A stretch of 64,000 nt of DNA. Source: a virus (lineage: Duplodnaviria > Caudoviricetes). The notes below the pieces were generated by a model. That model was given only the letters and a program-made list of their open reading frames with translations. It searched no databases and was not told the DNA's origin. This document shows positions 47,825 through 58,313 of the stretch, in pieces. The stretch's first letter is position 1. Every line of letters starts with the position of its first letter. Position numbers and translations under genes: made by a program. The stretch covers positions 77,887-141,886 of IMG/VR virus record IMGVR_UViG_3300013383_000017. One strand, given 5' to 3'.

Positions 47825-48823
47825 TTAAAATGGTGTTGCCACCAATGTTGAAATAACTTCTTTTACTTTTTGTCTGTTAAAGTTTTTACATAAATCTGAT
47901 GGGTCTTTAGATTGATATTCTGTAGGTATTTCTATTTGATATAAATCAAATAAACTTGCTAACTTATTACCAAAGATATGACCATGATTTTCTGTAGATT
48001 TAAAATCATTATCATATAAAATAAAGACTTTATCAAATCTATTTTTTAACTGATTTATAACTTCTTTTTTTGGTATATAACCTTCTCCTTGTAAACTAAC
48101 TGATGGAATTAATGTATTTTCCCATATACATAGGGCATCTTTTCTTGAAGATGTTATAATTAGATTCTCCCCTTTTTCTGGTAGTTTAGTCCATAAATCC
48201 CATACTGAAGCATTATGTTTATTTAACCATTTTTGTTTAATATTAAACGGTTGATATATTTTGTAAGATAGTATATTATCTTTATTCTCTACATAAACAT
48301 AAGCATATTTATCAGCAGGGAAAATTAATTCTTTATTATTCTTATATAAAAATATATGAGATATAGGATATATATCTCCAAACTTTAACCAAGAAAGAGA
48401 AATACCATAACTTTCCCAGTAATCTAAATCATACTGTTTCCATTCTCTTGTTTTTACTTTTATAGAAGAAGATGTTATAATATGTTTTTTATTATAATAA
48501 GTTTCTTTTTTATATATAGTAGCATTATTATTTATTTTATATAAATCTTTATTTATTCTATTTAATACTTCAAAATAATTACAATTCCAAGTTAATTTAA
48601 ATAATTCTATTATATTACCATGATTATATGTTGCAAAATCTTTAAAAAGAATAGAATTATTACTATAAAAAATCCCTACAGAGGGTTTCTTATCTTCTCT
48701 GTAGGGAGCATTTATTAAACATGGAATAGTAGTTATATTAAAATAATAATGTAATAATGCTTCTTCTGAAACACTATCTAGAATGTCTATATATGAAACA
48801 CTACTATTTCCTTTACTTATCAT
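47825..48823 (-). CDS. DNA primase (crAss-type, TOPRIM)
   Basis: APYREDKKPS, FKDF, YKIYQP, IITSSRKD, QGEG, LYDND, KDPSD. Confidence 0.85.
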   Translation of the reverse strand: MISKGNSSVSYIDILDSVSEEALLHYYFNITTIPCLINAPYREDKKPSVGIFYSNNSILFKDFATYNHGNIIELFKLTWNCNYFEVLNRINKDLYKINNNATIYKKETYYNKKHIITSSSIKVKTREWKQYDLDYWESYGISLSWLKFGDIYPISHIFLYKNNKELIFPADKYAYVYVENKDNILSYKIYQPFNIKQKWLNKHNASVWDLWTKLPEKGENLIITSSRKDALCIWENTLIPSVSLQGEGYIPKKEVINQLKNRFDKVFILYDNDFKSTENHGHIFGNKLASLFDLYQIEIPTEYQSKDPSDLCKNFNRQKVKEVISTLVATPF

Positions 48824-49734
48824 TACTTAACTAACCAACTACTAGGTACTTCTTGTGTTGTAGGTTCTACTTTGGTAGGGGTATTTACATATTCTTGAAG
48901 ATTAGTAAGTGTGCCATCTACAAAGAATTGTGTATTCTTTATATTACTGCTTTCAGAAGCTCTTTCTTGAGCATCTTTGATATCATCATAGAGTTTTGTA
49001 TATTTAGAAACACCACATCTAAGTACTTTATTAGTATATACTGTTTGATATTGGTCATTATCTTCAGTAGTCCTAACACCAAATGCTACTTTCATTTTAT
49101 TAGTAGGTTGATATGAAAGTACTTCTTGTAGTTCTGAGAAATCCCCCTTAAAATAATCTGCTACTTTCTCTAATCTAGCTGTACAATCTTCTGGATGTGC
49201 AGTCATTACCCACTCTCCATTTTTATAATCCATTACATTAGGAATATTAAGATATACTTTCAATGCTTCTGTAAGGGCTTCTTCACCTACATAAGCAGCT
49301 CTATAATCATTAGTAATGTTAAATGGATGCTCTATTCCATCTTTAGTATAGGTAGGAATTTCTTTATTAGCAAACTGTTCTGTAGTAACCCAAGCAAATC
49401 TACCATACTGATCAACTACTTGTAGTTTAGTTCCATCTGCATTCTTTCTAGGCTGATTTCTAAGAATAAAAGAAGCTCTAACTGTCTTTTCTATATCATT
49501 ATTTCTAGTAGGATCAGTTTGTAATACCCATTCTATTCTAGCCATCTCTACAGATTCCCCATTAACATCTATTGTTGAAACATAAGATGGCTCTTCTGTA
49601 ACTACATCTCTATCATAGATAGAATTAAGAGTTTTCATATCTGGGCAAATTGCCTTTACAAATACTGAACCAACACCTACATAATACTTTTGACTAGCTG
49701 TTTCTACTGAAACTTTTCCTTTTGATATTGCCAT
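48823..49734 (-). CDS. Putative single-stranded DNA-binding protein (crAss-type)
   Basis: YVGVGSVFVKAICP, VVDQYGR, RAAYVGEE; position upstream of primase; flexible C-terminus. Confidence 0.55.
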   Translation of the reverse strand: MAISKGKVSVETASQKYYVGVGSVFVKAICPDMKTLNSIYDRDVVTEEPSYVSTIDVNGESVEMARIEWVLQTDPTRNNDIEKTVRASFILRNQPRKNADGTKLQVVDQYGRFAWVTTEQFANKEIPTYTKDGIEHPFNITNDYRAAYVGEEALTEALKVYLNIPNVMDYKNGEWVMTAHPEDCTARLEKVADYFKGDFSELQEVLSYQPTNKMKVAFGVRTTEDNDQYQTVYTNKVLRCGVSKYTKLYDDIKDAQERASESSNIKNTQFFVDGTLTNLQEYVNTPTKVEPTTQEVPSSWLVK

Positions 49735-49759
49735 AATTTAATTTAATTTAATTGTTATT

Positions 49760-50113
49760 TTATTCATTAGTTGTTTCTTCACTTACTTCTACTTCTTCTG
49801 GTACTTCTGGTAGTTTTTCTACGATTATACTCCAAGTTCCATCTTCATTTTTCCTAAGAGTATCTAGATTTGGTTCATAACTAAATCCATTTGAAGCACC
49901 TTGAACTCTATTTATTAAATCTATAGAATTAAATCCACCAGTTATTAGTCTAGACCCTGTTTCTATAGCTTGAATTTCTTCTTCAAGATTCTTAATTTTA
50001 GTTTCTAGTTCTTCTTTTTGTGCTTTTAATGTTATGTACCTACTTACTCTTGGATACACATTTTGTGCATTTCTTTTTAGAAATGCTAAATCTCTTACTG
50101 TTAATGTTTTCAT
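49760..50113 (-). CDS. Hypothetical coiled-coil protein
   Basis: 117 aa with a coiled coil and acidic tail. Confidence 0.6.
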   Translation of the reverse strand: MKTLTVRDLAFLKRNAQNVYPRVSRYITLKAQKEELETKIKNLEEEIQAIETGSRLITGGFNSIDLINRVQGASNGFSYEPNLDTLRKNEDGTWSIIVEKLPEVPEEVEVSEETTNE

Positions 50114-50117
50114 AAAA

Positions 50118-50828
50118 TTAATTATTATATTCTTTTACTTTTTCTATTACTTCTCCTAAATCATTTTTCATATAAAGTGGTAACATACCAAATGGTGATT
50201 TTGCAGGATAAACCCCATCATCATTTGTTACAAATTCTCTAATAGCTCTTTTTTCTTTTTCATCATAAGATGATCTACCATAAAGAACTATTTCAAATTT
50301 ACCTTCTGGTACAATATAGGAATCTACCATATTACCTGTTGATTTATATCTATATGATATAGAATCTCCATTTTTATCTTTATATTCTTCATAATGTGCC
50401 AAACATATTATATTTTTAGATTCTGGTACATTATTTATAGCATCAAAGATAAGTCCCATATTATATCCAATAACTTTAGGTGTATCCCAGCCTCCTTTAA
50501 GAGCATTTTTCATATAGTAATCTTGTGATATATAATTCATATCATCCAACACTATATTCTTATAAGGACACTGTTCTGATGCTAATATATTAATTATATT
50601 TGCTATTTCTTTAGCATCGTTAGTAATAATTCTATTTCCCTCATTTATTTTTGAGGGTGTAGTAATTTTATAGCTAGAAACAGCACCCCTAAAAGGTAGT
50701 GGCTTATTAACTGCACTAATTAAATAGGTTTCTTTTGGGTTTAAACCTTTAATACCCAATTCATCTATTTTTCCTAGTGAAGTGCTTTTTCCAAAACCAC
50801 TTTTTGCAAGAATTAATATTTTTGCCAT
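50118..50828 (-). CDS. AAA/P-loop ATPase (Sak4-like)
   Basis: AKSGFGKS Walker A, IVLDD Walker B, CLAH, PAKSPFGM. Confidence 0.8.
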   Translation of the reverse strand: MAKILILAKSGFGKSTSLGKIDELGIKGLNPKETYLISAVNKPLPFRGAVSSYKITTPSKINEGNRIITNDAKEIANIINILASEQCPYKNIVLDDMNYISQDYYMKNALKGGWDTPKVIGYNMGLIFDAINNVPESKNIICLAHYEEYKDKNGDSISYRYKSTGNMVDSYIVPEGKFEIVLYGRSSYDEKEKRAIREFVTNDDGVYPAKSPFGMLPLYMKNDLGEVIEKVKEYNN

Positions 50829-51123
50829 ATTTTTTTGTTTTATTAAATAATAAATATAAATTGTTTTTCTTTTTATTTTCTAACTCCTCTATATACTTAT
50901 AGACTTGTTCTAGTTGTACTTTATCAGTAGGTAGAGGTAACTCTTCAAATTGAGATACAGCACCATTAAAGAATAATGGGCATATATTACCGTTTGCTCC
51001 ATAATCTCTATCTTCTAGTACTTCCATAAATCTACAATAGTTTTTTAGTTTTGTTATATCATAACCACTGAACTCTTTTTTACCATATTTAAAGGGACTA
51101 TATAATCCTATTGTGATATTGGC
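50761..51123 (-). CDS. crAss DnaB-like replicative helicase, exon 2
   Basis: ANITIGLYSP..EDRDYG..PLFFNGA; joins exon 1 in frame to give 407 aa. Confidence 0.85.
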   Translation of the reverse strand, partial: ANITIGLYSPFKYGKKEFSGYDITKLKNYCRFMEVLEDRDYGANGNICPLFFNGAVSQFEELPLPTDKVQLEQVYKYIEELENKKKNNLYLLFNKTKKYGKNINSCKKWFWKKHFTRKNR

Positions 51124-51339
51124 CACATTGTTATCTTAGTAGTTCTTTATCTACTAATTCTACAGTTTCAATTTATTATATCTGTAGGTCGGACTATCTC
51201 TTTATATTCCACTAACTGTTGGTACAGATAGGAATATATCATGCACTCTTGGTACTTCATCTTCTTCAACACCACTTGGTAAGAAGGTATGTACTAGTCT
51301 CTGTTCCTTCATAATATTTCTATTATGCTTGGATAAGGG

Positions 51340-52246
51340 TTATCTGTTTCCAGATTTTCCCAGATTCACATGATTAAGAGACAATTTATATAATAATTCT
51401 TGTTTCATATATGGTAAAACTAAATTTTTAAAATGTTCAAAATCTTTTTTAAGAAGATATATACTATGATTAGAATTAATATGAAAAGTTAAATTAAATT
51501 TAATTTTAAAAAATTCTGTTAATAGTAATAGATCTTCTTTATCAAAACAATTAGTAGCAATACTTATAGAAGAACCACTATAGTAACCATCATTCATAAA
51601 TAGTATGGCTAAAGAAAGTGTATCGAAATCCTTCAAATAATCAGAAGTTATAGTTTTCTTTTTATTCTTGTATAAATTATTATAAAGAAACAAAAATTCA
51701 GGATTTGAAGGCAACTTGCATATAGCAGATTCATAATATAACCCAGTTCTTTTATCTATAGTTTTTCTTTTAGATATAACAAACTTTGCTCCTATTGATG
51801 CCAATTCTTCCGCTTTCCATTTACAATATTCTAATTGTTTTATTCCGTGCTCACAACTAAAAAATGGATTAATGTTTGTTTTTATTAAAGAAGCATCTCC
51901 CAATAAAGAACCTATTATAATAAACTTCTGTCTTTTTGTCATTTTTATAGCTTTATTTATGAGTAAATTATCTCTTTTTATATTGTTTCTTTTTCTGAAA
52001 GAATATATAGAGCTTTCTCCTACTCCAAGTATTTTAGCCACTTCTTTATCAGTTTTATTCTCTAAAATTAACTTTTCTGCTTTCTCATAATCTATTTTTT
52101 TTAAAAGGTTTATATGAGAAATTAGATTTTAATCCCATTTTTGTTCTGTGAAATTGTATTAATTGTCTTGAAACATTCATTATAGATGCTATTTCTACAT
52201 CTGTTTTACCTTTTTTATATAATTCTATTAATCTTTGTTTATCCAT
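51340..52246 (-). pseudogene. Intron-encoded LAGLIDADG endonuclease with two N-terminal HTH repeats, frameshifted in an A8 run
   Basis: IIGSLLGDAS and LAILFMNDG motifs. The frame from ATG 52246 (MDKQRLIELY..) joins the downstream frame if one A is removed at 52095-52102. Confidence 0.8.
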
Positions 52247-52273
52247 ATTTTATGATATTTTAAAACTACAGTA

Positions 52274-52305
52274 CAAAGATAAATAAAATATATAATATAT
52301 ACAAG
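52274..52305 (-). promoter_or_regulatory. Bacteroidetes-type promoter inside the intron, upstream of the endonuclease ORF
   Basis: CTTG-N20-TATCTTTG, about 28 nt upstream of ATG 52246. Confidence 0.7.
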
Positions 52306-52326
52306 TTTTATTGTGTGCTTAAAAAA

Positions 52327-53187
52327 ATCTCTACTTGTGGTTTTTGCGTCCGCTAAACCATCTGAAGAAGGCTTTATTTTATCTAGTTTTTGATTTTCTA
52401 TTCCTTCTTGACTTTGTGCTTGATGCTGTACCATTACTACAATATAATTAAGTTGTTTCTTTAAAGTTATATTGTATTTGGACATTTTATTTATAGTACC
52501 TTTAAGGTCCAATCCACTCTCTAATGATAAATTAGCAGCATTATCTTCTATTATAATCCTATATTCATCTGGATCATCTTGCTCATATGGATTAATAGGA
52601 TCTAACATTTTTTTCTTTATTAATTTACCAAATTCATCTTTTGTTTCATATTCTACATAATTAAAATGTCCATGTTTTTCTGCATATTCTCTGCATACCT
52701 TATTAATGCCTGTTGGGTTTTTTATGTCCTCAAAGCACAAAACTACATTTTCATATAACTCTATATATTCTTGATATAAAGGAGATTTTAGTAAATCTAT
52801 AATGCTTTGATCTAGTGGATGTTCTTTATTAGTACTTTTAAGGTCAGTAGTTGATACATATAATCCTGATAATCTAAACAAAAGATGAGATAAAAACTCA
52901 CAATACTTCTCTTTTTTACTCATTTCAAGAGTGAAATAAAGAATTTTTGCTTTAAATTCTGGATGTTCTTTCATAAAGAAAATAGAATCATATACAAACA
53001 TTTTATCTGCAAATTTTGATTTACCTATTTTTTGATTAGCAGTTATTATTATATATTTACCTTGTTCTACACCCGGAAAAGTATTCCTAAATCTAGGAAA
53101 AGGCAATGGTATACAATTATATTTTCCTTGTAATATTCTATCCCTTCTTTGCTCTAAATCCTTTATTACAATATCAAAATCTTTCAT
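52327..53187 (-). CDS. crAss DnaB-like replicative helicase, exon 1
   Basis: ANQKIGKS Walker A variant, YFTLEMS, IIEDN, VQHQ, GLADAKTTSRD. Confidence 0.85.
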
Positions 53188-53738
53188 ATTAAAGTAGTAG
53201 TAAAATCTGTAGAAGTTGTATCAATTTCTTTATTTTCTAACACTTCTGCTAAGTCTGATCTATTATCTTTTAAAATAAAATATTTTAAAATTCTCATATA
53301 CTGATTACCAGTATTGTTTTTAACATAAGTTTCAGTAGCCTTAGCAATATCATCTGCTGTCCATTTATTACCATAAATAGCATAGAATTTTCTTAATTTA
53401 TCTACTATTTCTTTTTGAGAACTCTTCCAGTAGTAATCACCTTTTTTACCATCTGGATATAGACTTCTTAATCTAGTAGCTAATTCATCTAATTCTTTAC
53501 TTTTTGGTAATATAGTCATAGAATCCATAATAACATTATTTAAAATTTCTATAGCTAATGATGATACTGATAACCCTTCATATTTACCATATTTTGATAG
53601 TAAACTTCTAGTTGTTAGTTTATTAATTGCACCATCAATATTTAAAGGACCACAAGAATAAGCAAGAAGTAATAAAGTTTCTTGTATTGACAAACCATTC
53701 TTTAGACAAGCATCTTCTGTAATACTAACTTTCTTCAT
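53184..53738 (-). CDS. Hypothetical replication-associated protein
   Basis: 184 aa, coupled to the helicase start; LYP.G..YMRILKYFI C-terminal domain. Confidence 0.55.
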   Translation of the reverse strand: MKKVSITEDACLKNGLSIQETLLLLAYSCGPLNIDGAINKLTTRSLLSKYGKYEGLSVSSLAIEILNNVIMDSMTILPKSKELDELATRLRSLYPDGKKGDYYWKSSQKEIVDKLRKFYAIYGNKWTADDIAKATETYVKNNTGNQYMRILKYFILKDNRSDLAEVLENKEIDTTSTDFTTTLI

Positions 53739-54924
53739 ATTGTTTTATAAATCTGTTGTCTATATTTTCAGTAACATTTTTCAGATACTCTTCATCTTTA
53801 GTTCCTCTATAATAAAAGATATATTGTACAGGATTAGTAGACCTTAATACTCTTCCTAATTTTTGAATAAACTGTCTTTCTTTTCCATCTAATTGTACTA
53901 TTATTCCAATTTCAATATTAGAAAGATTTTGTCCTTCTTGTAACATTCCTATAGCAAATAGTTTATTATTAGTACCACTATTAAAATTATCTATTAGTTT
54001 TTGATTCTCTGTTTTACTATTTTTAGAGTTTATTACATAGTTGGCTCCTAATAACTGTGCTTGTTCTATAGATGTACAGAAGCAAATTAGTCTTTTATCT
54101 TTAAGTCTATTTAATAAAGATTTAACTTCTTTAGTTTTAAGTTCTCCTAAATATCTTTTTCTTATAGTTCCTAATTGTAACCATTTATTTTTTACAACTT
54201 CTCTTCCACATGCAAAATATCTATTTTTCCAATATTCTATTTTATCAGTTAAATAGTTATATTTCTGTAATGCAGTACAAGAAATATGAAGTTCTACATT
54301 AGGGTATCTTGTTTTTGCAAATAAGTATTTAAATCTATCTTTATATTCACATTTAAATATTTTTCTCAATGTTGTTTTACCCCAAGTTTCTACTATTTCT
54401 TCTGTAGGAGATATACCATTTAATGTTAAAGGTATTAAATAAATAATTGGTTGAGGAATATAATTATTATCTATAGCTTTTTGTATTTCTATATTAAAAT
54501 GATAAAAATTACCAAATATTCTAGATAAAGTATCTATAATATCTGTATTTAATGTTGCTGATAATGCTAATATTTTATTTGTTTTTAATGTTTCTAATAT
54601 TGCTATTCTTTTTTCTGAGTTTAAATGATGTGCTTCATCAAAAACTATTAAATCCCAATTAGTATTCTTATATTTTTTAAGAGAAGCATAACATTCTATA
54701 ATTATATTATTAAAGGGAACATTTAAATTTTTAAATTCATTTTCCCAATTCTTTTTATGGGCACTTTCCGCTACAAAGATAATAGTTTTAGTTGGTTTTA
54801 AGGTATCTATTGCTTTTACTGTAGTATATCCTTTACCAACTCCAGTTGCCCATGTTAATATAACTCTATTTAATTCTTTTAATTTTAAGATAGCAGTATT
54901 TTGAATTGTTTCTTTTTCCATCAA
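53725..54924 (-). CDS. Superfamily 2 (DEAH) helicase
   Basis: ATGVGKG, FDEAHH, LSAT, MLQEGQN, QKLGRVLR. Confidence 0.9.
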   Translation of the reverse strand: MMEKETIQNTAILKLKELNRVILTWATGVGKGYTTVKAIDTLKPTKTIIFVAESAHKKNWENEFKNLNVPFNNIIIECYASLKKYKNTNWDLIVFDEAHHLNSEKRIAILETLKTNKILALSATLNTDIIDTLSRIFGNFYHFNIEIQKAIDNNYIPQPIIYLIPLTLNGISPTEEIVETWGKTTLRKIFKCEYKDRFKYLFAKTRYPNVELHISCTALQKYNYLTDKIEYWKNRYFACGREVVKNKWLQLGTIRKRYLGELKTKEVKSLLNRLKDKRLICFCTSIEQAQLLGANYVINSKNSKTENQKLIDNFNSGTNNKLFAIGMLQEGQNLSNIEIGIIVQLDGKERQFIQKLGRVLRSTNPVQYIFYYRGTKDEEYLKNVTENIDNRFIKQYEES

Positions 54925-55307
54925 TCTTCTAACACAGTATAATTATAACTTTTAGCCCCTCTAGCACTAGCATATGAAGAAATATGCCATTCTAGTCTTT
55001 CTTCTGGGGTTAAGTTTTTCCATTTTTTTCCTTGTGTTTTCTCATTATAACCTTCTGGAATTGTAGTGGAGATAAAATAATTATATGCCATTCTAGTCAT
55101 ATTAATATGTATAGAAGCATCTTCCCAAACATAATCTTTTACTTTTTGTACTCCCTTTTTTACTACTTTATCTCTTTCTTTTTTTGTTAATTTGATAGGT
55201 GTAAGATCTTTTTTAGTTAGGACAAAAGGTATTTCTTTTGTCCCAACTAAATGTCTAGTACCACCATTAATTATTAAATTAACAGATATTTTAGTATCAT
55301 TATTCAT
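54921..55307 (-). CDS. Hypothetical protein
   Basis: 128 aa, coupled ORF. Confidence 0.6.
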   Translation of the reverse strand: MNNDTKISVNLIINGGTRHLVGTKEIPFVLTKKDLTPIKLTKKERDKVVKKGVQKVKDYVWEDASIHINMTRMAYNYFISTTIPEGYNEKTQGKKWKNLTPEERLEWHISSYASARGAKSYNYTVLED

Positions 55308-55668
55308 TACTTCTTAGTTTATCTTTGATTTTTGTAATTACCTCTTCGATATTATCACAATCAATAGTTGCTAGTATAATATCATTCTCTATGAGTGTAG
55401 CAGACCAAAACTTATTAAAGTTTTTATTATGTCTTTTTTCTATACAACTCTTAACAGCTCCTTCTATTGCTGATATATGATAACTAGGTTGTGTAGATCC
55501 AAGTAGATTTTGTAGTTTTGAGATACATTCTTTAAGAGTTTTTAAATCTTTAGCATCTTCTTTTGAAAGATTATTATAGAATTCTTTTTTTTCTTCTGCC
55601 AATTCTTTTTGCAGATCAGATTGTACTCTTTGAGCCAATGCTGAAATTTGTTTACTTGTTAATTTCAT
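55300..55668 (-). CDS. Hypothetical protein
   Basis: 122 aa, coupled ORF. Confidence 0.6.
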   Translation of the reverse strand: MKLTSKQISALAQRVQSDLQKELAEEKKEFYNNLSKEDAKDLKTLKECISKLQNLLGSTQPSYHISAIEGAVKSCIEKRHNKNFNKFWSATLIENDIILATIDCDNIEEVITKIKDKLRSNE

Positions 55669-55927
55669 TTTTTTTTATTACTAAATATAAATGTTTTGTA
55701 TTTGTAAAATAACAATGTTTTTCCTTATAAATATCAAATAAAAAAGCACACACTTTAGATGTATTACCAGATTCAGTAAGTTGAGATAACCAATAACATT
55801 TATCCCAAGAAGCATTATATACTAATACCATATTATCATCATTTCTTATAGCATTAGTATAATCTGGATTTTTCCAATCTATTCTTTTTGTTGTATAATT
55901 AGTGCCTTTATATACCCATGTTCTCAT
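55652..55927 (-). CDS. Hypothetical protein
   Basis: 91 aa, coupled ORF. Confidence 0.55.
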   Translation of the reverse strand: MRTWVYKGTNYTTKRIDWKNPDYTNAIRNDDNMVLVYNASWDKCYWLSQLTESGNTSKVCAFLFDIYKEKHCYFTNTKHLYLVIKKNEINK

Positions 55928-55929
55928 AA

Positions 55930-56085
55930 TTATTTTATTTCTGAGATTGCAATAATATCTTTAATATCCCAATATTCACTATTTGCTTCTATCTTTGCTT
56001 CTTCTTTAGTATTGGCTTCTACCCATACTTTTGAAACATCTTCTTCATCCCATTTTGGGATATATACTACTTTCCATTTTTTCAT
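55930..56085 (-). CDS. Small hypothetical protein (51 aa), below the ORF-track cutoff
   Basis: MKKWKVVYIPKWDEEDVSKVWVEANTKEEAKIEANSEYWDIKDIIAISEIK*; fills the gap between neighbours exactly. Confidence 0.65.
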   Translation of the reverse strand: MKKWKVVYIPKWDEEDVSKVWVEANTKEEAKIEANSEYWDIKDIIAISEIK

Positions 56086-56087
56086 AT

Positions 56088-56549
56088 TTATTTACATATA
56101 AGATTTATATAATTATAAAAATTTTCTTTAAATAATGGTATATCTTTTATAAAAGAAGTTGCTAATACCATAAATCTAGGGTGATTAAACCCTATAATTA
56201 TATTACCATCTTCATTTACTGCAAAATCATCACCATTCCAGCCTCCCCCTTTATAACCTATTGTATTACAGAAATTAGATATTGATGGTTCTATAAATCC
56301 AAATTTATGAGATATAGCATTAGAAATAAAAGAGTTTGTTTCTATTTTGTATTTTGTGTCTATATCATTTAAAGGTAATTTGTTTTGATCACAAACTGCT
56401 TTTATTTCTAATAATTCTTTTATTGTTGGTTGAAATTTATGAATAGAAAGAACTAATTGTTGCTTTTTTTGTATTTTAGCAAGTCTTTCTTTTTCTTCTT
56501 CTTCTGCTTTGGCTTTTCCAAAAGCGTTTATTTTATCTATTATATCCAT
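56088..56549 (-). CDS. Hypothetical protein
   Basis: 153 aa ORF. Confidence 0.6.
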   Translation of the reverse strand: MDIIDKINAFGKAKAEEEEKERLAKIQKKQQLVLSIHKFQPTIKELLEIKAVCDQNKLPLNDIDTKYKIETNSFISNAISHKFGFIEPSISNFCNTIGYKGGGWNGDDFAVNEDGNIIIGFNHPRFMVLATSFIKDIPLFKENFYNYINLICK

Positions 56550-56551
56550 AA

Positions 56552-57931
56552 TTAATTTTGAGTGTAGTTTTCCAACATTTCACTATCTATTTCACCATTA
56601 TCAATTTGTTTTGCTTCTGCATTTAAGAAGTTATAACATTTTAACTTCCATGCTTCTGATATAGGGTCATTTGCTTTTCTAATAACAATACCTTCTCTTG
56701 GTACTTTGTTATTACATAAAGATTCATTCTTTTCCATTAGAAATGTCTTTTCATTTTTTAATAATTCAAGGACATTTTCATGCCAGTGTTTAGTAATCTG
56801 TAAATTAGGATATAAATCTTTTAGTGTTCCATCATATAAAAGAGGAAACTTCATAATACAATCTCCTAATTTTTCTCTAAGCAATAATCCAAAATTAATT
56901 ACATCTGCAATATCTAAATCTGTGCCTTTATATGTTATTCTATATACCATTAATTTTGATTTTTCTTCATCTTTAGAGTTACAGCCATAATCATAGTTTT
57001 TCTGTATTGCTGTACCATTAGGAGTAAAACCTACAATCTCTACATATATTTCATAATCTTTTTTAATAAGACCATCAAGTTTCTTTGCCCAATATCCCCA
57101 GATATCATCAGAATAATAACCACCTATTTTTTGTTTTTTATTAATATATTCATTTTTAATAACAGTTCTTGAAGAATATACTAGATTATATTTTTGGTCA
57201 TATTCATTTGTATGTTTCACATATTTTCTCCAAAACCTTTTATACCAAGGAGTTGGTATATTAGTAAGAATATTAGCAAAACATGCTGATGTTCCATGAA
57301 TCTTAGTACTTATATAAACTCTATCATTAGGATTTATTTCATTTATATATTTCTGTAATGTTTTTGTATCATAATGAAATTTAAAAGTACCATCTATAAG
57401 TAATTTAAACTTATTAAGAATCTTTTGTTTTTTATTTGATTTGGATATATTTTTATTATTATTAGGAATATAGACTTGTATAAATTTTTTATCATTAATT
57501 TCATCAAAGTCTTTTCCTACATTATTTTCAAGAAAACTAATTACTTCTTTTTCTGTAATATTAAGAAAAGTAGCAATACTTTTAGAATTAAGTAGTAATC
57601 CATATGAAGGTGTACCACCTAATTTAATAATTCTAATTCTTCCATACTTATTAATATATCCCTTTTTAGTGTTATCTTTATTTAAAGTAGAATCATCATA
57701 TAAAGAGTTAAGATAAAGAAATTCAGTACATAGCATTGTTTCATTTGCACAATAAACCGCAACATCACCAGTTTTGAACTCATCCTTTCCTATCACAATG
57801 GAAAGACCATTCACCATTGTCTTAACAATTCTATCCTTACCTTCAATAGTAAAAATTTCTCCTATTCTCACACAAGTTGCACAATATTCATCCTTGAACC
57901 CCTTGCTTTTGCTTATTTTGATATTAGTCAT
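56552..57931 (-). CDS. RNA ligase (Rnl2 / DRB0094-like) with N-terminal OB-like domain
   Basis: TKIHGTS (motif I), YVEIVG, REGIVIR, WKLK; N-terminal IEGKDRI..PSYGLLL. Confidence 0.85.
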   Translation of the reverse strand: MTNIKISKSKGFKDEYCATCVRIGEIFTIEGKDRIVKTMVNGLSIVIGKDEFKTGDVAVYCANETMLCTEFLYLNSLYDDSTLNKDNTKKGYINKYGRIRIIKLGGTPSYGLLLNSKSIATFLNITEKEVISFLENNVGKDFDEINDKKFIQVYIPNNNKNISKSNKKQKILNKFKLLIDGTFKFHYDTKTLQKYINEINPNDRVYISTKIHGTSACFANILTNIPTPWYKRFWRKYVKHTNEYDQKYNLVYSSRTVIKNEYINKKQKIGGYYSDDIWGYWAKKLDGLIKKDYEIYVEIVGFTPNGTAIQKNYDYGCNSKDEEKSKLMVYRITYKGTDLDIADVINFGLLLREKLGDCIMKFPLLYDGTLKDLYPNLQITKHWHENVLELLKNEKTFLMEKNESLCNNKVPREGIVIRKANDPISEAWKLKCYNFLNAEAKQIDNGEIDSEMLENYTQN

Positions 57932-58026
57932 TTTTTACAATTTGTATGATTTTTTGTAATCTTATTTTTGTGTATCTTTAGTTATATCTTTTACTTTACA
58001 TTTATTTACTTTCATTTATAATTTTT

Positions 58027-58293
58027 CTAATGAATAACTATTTTTCTAACTAACTCATAAATAACTCCTAGAATTAAAAAGAGTAAAAATAAAGGCCAAA
58101 TAAATGTACATGTAACTACCATATAGTAATTTGTATGAACACTTGAATTGATATAATCATACATTAAAAATAAAGTAGGTATATCTGGTTTATCAATGAA
58201 TTTGCGATCAACCTTTTCCCATACAATTGCTATAATTATACCTATTATAAAATATGATAAAATAATAATTAATACAAATAACCAAGTTGCCAT
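58027..58293 (-). CDS. Small membrane protein
   Basis: Two hydrophobic helices; WPLFL motif. Confidence 0.6.
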   Translation of the reverse strand: MATWLFVLIIILSYFIIGIIIAIVWEKVDRKFIDKPDIPTLFLMYDYINSSVHTNYYMVVTCTFIWPLFLLFLILGVIYELVRKIVIH

Positions 58294-58313
58294 AAAATTT
58301 ATAATTTTAATTA

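Larger units (their letters stand above)
51124..52326 (-). mobile_element. Group I intron in the DnaB-like helicase gene (1203 nt), endonuclease in the P1 loop
   Basis: Exon AGAGAU pairs with IGS GUCUCU at 51377-51382; P GUGAAUCUGGGAA, R ACAGAGACUAG, S AAGAGAUAGUCC; terminal G. Splicing gives TTSRD|ANITIG. Confidence 0.9.

Noticed and set aside
50761-50828. 68-nt overlap of the helicase C-terminus with the AAA ATPase gene as programmed fusion or frameshift
   Set aside because: It is a Lys-rich low-complexity tail with no stimulatory structure seen; stop-codon drift or a homopolymer error is enough to explain it.
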